Assembly: GCA_019057815.1 (NCBI GenBank)
Contig: JAHLWR010000008.1
Coordinates: forward strand, 1 to 64,000
Reading direction: 5' to 3'
Origin: Candidatus Heimdallarchaeota archaeon
GTDB taxonomy: Archaea; Asgardarchaeota; Heimdallarchaeia; Heimdallarchaeales; Heimdallarchaeaceae
DNA: 64,000 nucleotides
Shown piece after piece: positions 60,922 through 64,000 of this stretch. The notes beneath the pieces were generated by a model. It worked only from the letters and a program-made list of their open reading frames with translations, made no database searches and was not told the DNA's origin. Position numbers and translations under genes: made by a program. How positions within the stretch are numbered: position 1 is the stretch's first letter; every line of letters begins with the position of its first letter.

Positions 60922-62299
60922 CAGGACCCTCCAAACACACAGTTAAATCCCATTTATCATTGATAATCTGAGGGGAATGAGTAGCTATAAGAAATTCCAT
61001 GTTATTAACTTCAGATATTTTAAAAAGATTATCTAGAAAATCTTGTTGCCAAGCAACATGAAGAGATAATTCTGGTTCATCAATAAGAATTAAAGAATCA
61101 GGTTTTGTCTCAAATAGAAGTTCATAGAAAACAACAAGCATATGTTTTTCACCTGAGGAGATATCTGATACATCAAGTTTCATATCTTCGTTTGTTGTAA
61201 GAATAAAACCTTCATTCTTATCAATTTTCAGTTTTTTGTATTTAAATCGCTTATTTATTATTTCAGTAAGCAATCCTATTCGGTTATATAATTCATCAAA
61301 GATTCCTAATTTCCGTTCTGTATCTTCTATATGCAATAAAAGTACATATTTTATTCGGTCATCGGTTGAGATTTCTCCTGATTTAATAGGTACAAGTTGA
61401 TGTTCTTGCTCTGCATCTAATATCCCCACATTTATTAGATTCAATCTCTGTTTTTCAAGTGCAGACATCTTGCTTACTAAACTTTCAATATCAATCTCAT
61501 TTCTTTCTCCCTTTTCCAAATAATCTATGAGTCTTCTAGGATATGTTCTGTCTAATGATTCAAATATCGTTGTGGATTCACTTCTCAAGTTTTTAATTTT
61601 TTGTGCAACTTCATTTGAATAATTCACCACTGCTTCTGATATCTTTTCTTCCGAATCTTCATCATCAAGTGTAAAAGATATTAATCTTTGTGTTTGAATA
61701 AATCTAACAGATATCTCTGATGTTAGCTCATGAAACCATTTAATCTCATCAGGTTTTGTTCTATCAAAAAAGAAATCTCTATCAGGTTGAATGCGACCGT
61801 AGCGACCATAATGTCTTTTACTTGATAAATCCCGTCTTCTTCTTATATAATCTCGTCTTCTACTGTATTCTATATGTTTAAAAGTTTCATATGTTAGAAA
61901 TTTTCCATAAAGATCTAGTAGTCTATCTTGTGCGTCTAATCTCTCAATTTTTCCATCAACACAGTAGTATGAACCCAAAACTCCTTTCGCAGAATTAGTA
62001 CCAGTTAATTCTATTTCAATAGCATCTAAATTTTTCTTTTTTTTAATTGTTTTTTTTGTAAAAATTAATTTGTTATCCTCAGAAAATTCAAGTGTTATCG
62101 TTTTAAAAGGGATGAAAACAAGTTCTTCATAGTTCTTATTAAAAATACTATCTAAAATTTTTAGAATTGTTGTTTTTCCATATCCATTTAATCCGTGAAT
62201 AATAGTAATTTTATCTTTCATTTCAATTTTATGATTGAAATAACCAAACAAACTATCAATATGAATACTTTTAATTCGCATCATTAATAGTAAACTCAA
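60899..62299 (-). CDS. ABC-type (AAA_15/AAA_21) ATPase (PARIS AriA-like)
   Basis: GLNGYGKT, ISSGE, ILIDEPELSLH, IATHSP; no membrane partner. Confidence 0.85.
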   Translation of the reverse strand: MSLLLMMRIKSIHIDSLFGYFNHKIEMKDKITIIHGLNGYGKTTILKILDSIFNKNYEELVFIPFKTITLEFSEDNKLIFTKKTIKKKKNLDAIEIELTGTNSAKGVLGSYYCVDGKIERLDAQDRLLDLYGKFLTYETFKHIEYSRRRDYIRRRRDLSSKRHYGRYGRIQPDRDFFFDRTKPDEIKWFHELTSEISVRFIQTQRLISFTLDDEDSEEKISEAVVNYSNEVAQKIKNLRSESTTIFESLDRTYPRRLIDYLEKGERNEIDIESLVSKMSALEKQRLNLINVGILDAEQEHQLVPIKSGEISTDDRIKYVLLLHIEDTERKLGIFDELYNRIGLLTEIINKRFKYKKLKIDKNEGFILTTNEDMKLDVSDISSGEKHMLVVFYELLFETKPDSLILIDEPELSLHVAWQQDFLDNLFKISEVNNMEFLIATHSPQIINDKWDLTVCLEGPDDTSCNE

Positions 62300-62370
62300 A
62301 ATTAGCCTTGATAAACTTTATTACATTAATTGAACTAATCCACATTATTTTCAGTTTGATGTATTTTAAG

Positions 62371-63858
62371 TTACATATAAAATCTATAATGAGGATCAAT
62401 TTCTATTTCTTTGCTTCTAGCTTCTGACATGATTTTTCCAACTCGTCTAGACAATAGTAAAGTAACTGGCATATAGGAATTGAATTTTATATTGTTCCAA
62501 TCTAAACGTGATAAAGAGATAATTTCTTCTGCTATTTTATTAAGAGGTGTATCAAAAGAATATCTAGTAATTTCTACAGGAACAGGGATTCTAGGACCCG
62601 GGTATGTTCCCAAAGCAGGGATAAAACCAGTTAAATATAGAAAACTCTTATCTTCTTTTGAATCAGGTTCTATATGGGTACCCCTAAGAACAGGATATAA
62701 ACCATTTCTACAGAAACGTATGGTGGAATAATTATTTAACGTAATCATATCTACAATTTTGACATTTGCTTTATTTGAATAAAAACCCTCAATCTCTTCA
62801 CTATTGAAGTGTGAACTTTTGTGAATAACAATTCTCAGAGGATAAGTTTTCTTTAAACTACAATAGAAATCTAAAACATAATTCATTAAATTTAAGGCGT
62901 ATTCTTTTGATAACCTTGGATTTCTATCTTTTTTTGATGATTTCCATTCGAAAGGCTCTCCCCTTAGAATGAAACTTTCGCCTGTACTTAAGAAAACCTG
63001 TGCAATACTTGCTTGAAGAGATTGTTTTTCTTCACTAAAATCTCTAAAGAAACTAATCCCAATGTAGCATACATTGTCATCCAACTTAGTAAGTTTCCAT
63101 GGTGTTCCAAATGCTTTATAATAAACAGCAACAGCGACATTCCAAGCAAATGTGGCTGGATCTTCAGTAGGATATTCTGTTCTTTCCTTATCTGAAATTA
63201 TTTTATCCAATATAGATTCTATGGTATGAATCAAAAATAATTGTGTAGGAATTTTATATTTCATTCCTATTACCTTAATAATATTGTGAAAGTCAATATC
63301 TCCTTCAGCTTTGGATATACTTACGCTATCTGTTTTGTCAGCAAATTTAATTTTAATATCTTTAATATACTTGCGAGAGTACATATCAGTTATTTCTCTT
63401 GGAATTGAAATAAATATTATATCTGGGCGTGATTCTGCCTCCAAAATCAGTTTTATTTTATTCTCAAATAAATTAATTAAGGATACTCGTTGATCTTCTT
63501 TTCTGCTTATTTTTGTTAATGTTGTAATTTCCTCTGTAAAAATAAGTTGTTCCCAACTAACATCCGTTATTAATGAGAATAGTAGAGGTGATTTTTTACC
63601 CAAACCTGGAAAACCTAAGTTCCCATATGTTGATTTGTCAACTGGTTCAAGGGGATTAGACAATTCTCTTACAAGAGTTTTACATTTTTCTAAAGACTCT
63701 GCTGTTCCAACCACACCATAATTAATTTGTCTGTGATCGACATCTGCATTTAAGTAAGGTCCAACTGGTCCTCCTTTAAGAAGACCTATTCTTGGGTCTA
63801 ATGCAACAATGTTGTTCCCAAAATAAAGTTTAGATTCTTCTATTAAACTGGTTTTCAT
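62371..63858 (-). CDS. Short prokaryotic Argonaute (MID-PIWI), catalytically inactive
   Basis: DFHNIIK..PTQ and YYKA MID motifs; CYIGISF (no catalytic Asp), RIVIHK, YPVLRGT, TYPGPRIP, LSRLDWN, C-terminal YRFYM; GGAGG SD before ATG 63858. Confidence 0.9.
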   Translation of the reverse strand: MKTSLIEESKLYFGNNIVALDPRIGLLKGGPVGPYLNADVDHRQINYGVVGTAESLEKCKTLVRELSNPLEPVDKSTYGNLGFPGLGKKSPLLFSLITDVSWEQLIFTEEITTLTKISRKEDQRVSLINLFENKIKLILEAESRPDIIFISIPREITDMYSRKYIKDIKIKFADKTDSVSISKAEGDIDFHNIIKVIGMKYKIPTQLFLIHTIESILDKIISDKERTEYPTEDPATFAWNVAVAVYYKAFGTPWKLTKLDDNVCYIGISFFRDFSEEKQSLQASIAQVFLSTGESFILRGEPFEWKSSKKDRNPRLSKEYALNLMNYVLDFYCSLKKTYPLRIVIHKSSHFNSEEIEGFYSNKANVKIVDMITLNNYSTIRFCRNGLYPVLRGTHIEPDSKEDKSFLYLTGFIPALGTYPGPRIPVPVEITRYSFDTPLNKIAEEIISLSRLDWNNIKFNSYMPVTLLLSRRVGKIMSEARSKEIEIDPHYRFYM

Positions 63859-64000
63859 TTTGTTCCTCCGGGAAATCAAGTAGTTCATTATCCACAATCT
63901 TTTCGAATTTCTTTAAGAGAAATGAATTTTCTATAGGGCTTCTATTGATTTTGATTTCTTTCAGTTTTTGTGGATCAATTGTTCTTAGAATTCTTCTTGT
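63830..64000 (-). CDS. C-terminus of an upstream ORF overlapping the pAgo start (candidate APAZ-effector partner)
   Basis: Frame open from the window edge (TRRILRTIDP...QFNRRI*), stop at 63830-63832 inside the pAgo 5' end. Confidence 0.6.
   Translation of the reverse strand, partial: TRRILRTIDPQKLKEIKINRSPIENSFLLKKFEKIVDNELLDFPEEQNENQFNRRI

Noticed and set aside
789-63493. Numerous 60-160 aa antisense or overlapping ORFs in the ORF track
   Set aside because: They lie opposite or inside well-supported genes and have no recognisable motifs; treated as shadow ORFs.
1-64000. tRNA/rRNA genes, integrases and autonomous transposases
   Set aside because: None recognisable in this window by eye.

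Overview
AT-rich archaeal chromosomal segment, most likely from an Asgard (Heimdallarchaeia-like) genome. This is an inference from the eukaryote-type actin homologue, archaeal TATA boxes, oligo-T terminators and GGAGG/AGGTG Shine-Dalgarno sites. Ordinary content: transporters, DegV, PGK, a glutaredoxin-TrxB fusion, many peptidases (TldD/PmbA, M32, M24, M20), two tandem family-5 solute-binding proteins, a MoxR-AAA/SWIM/VWA (yeh-like) operon, an Mbx/MBS-like four-gene redox module and a LarA-like enzyme. The right end is a defence island: a catalytically inactive short Argonaute followed by a PARIS-like ABC ATPase + TOPRIM pair. The most unusual signal is non-coding. At least three transposase-less inserts of 227-365 bp (9296-9632, 13313-13539, 57835-58199; probable relatives near 6.2, 11.5 and 13.2 kb) each have subterminal inverted repeats, a 3-5 bp duplicated core, and an internal TATA box followed about 30 nt later by a multi-hairpin RNA. 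Two of them cleanly interrupt genes. They look like RNA-only mobile elements, possibly non-autonomous bridge/seek-RNA-type (IS110/IS1111-like) units; that assignment is a hypothesis. Also notable: a Zn-ribbon-fused divergent actin with upstream 18-bp repeats, and two unannotated paralogous ~40-aa peptides next to an ABC exporter.
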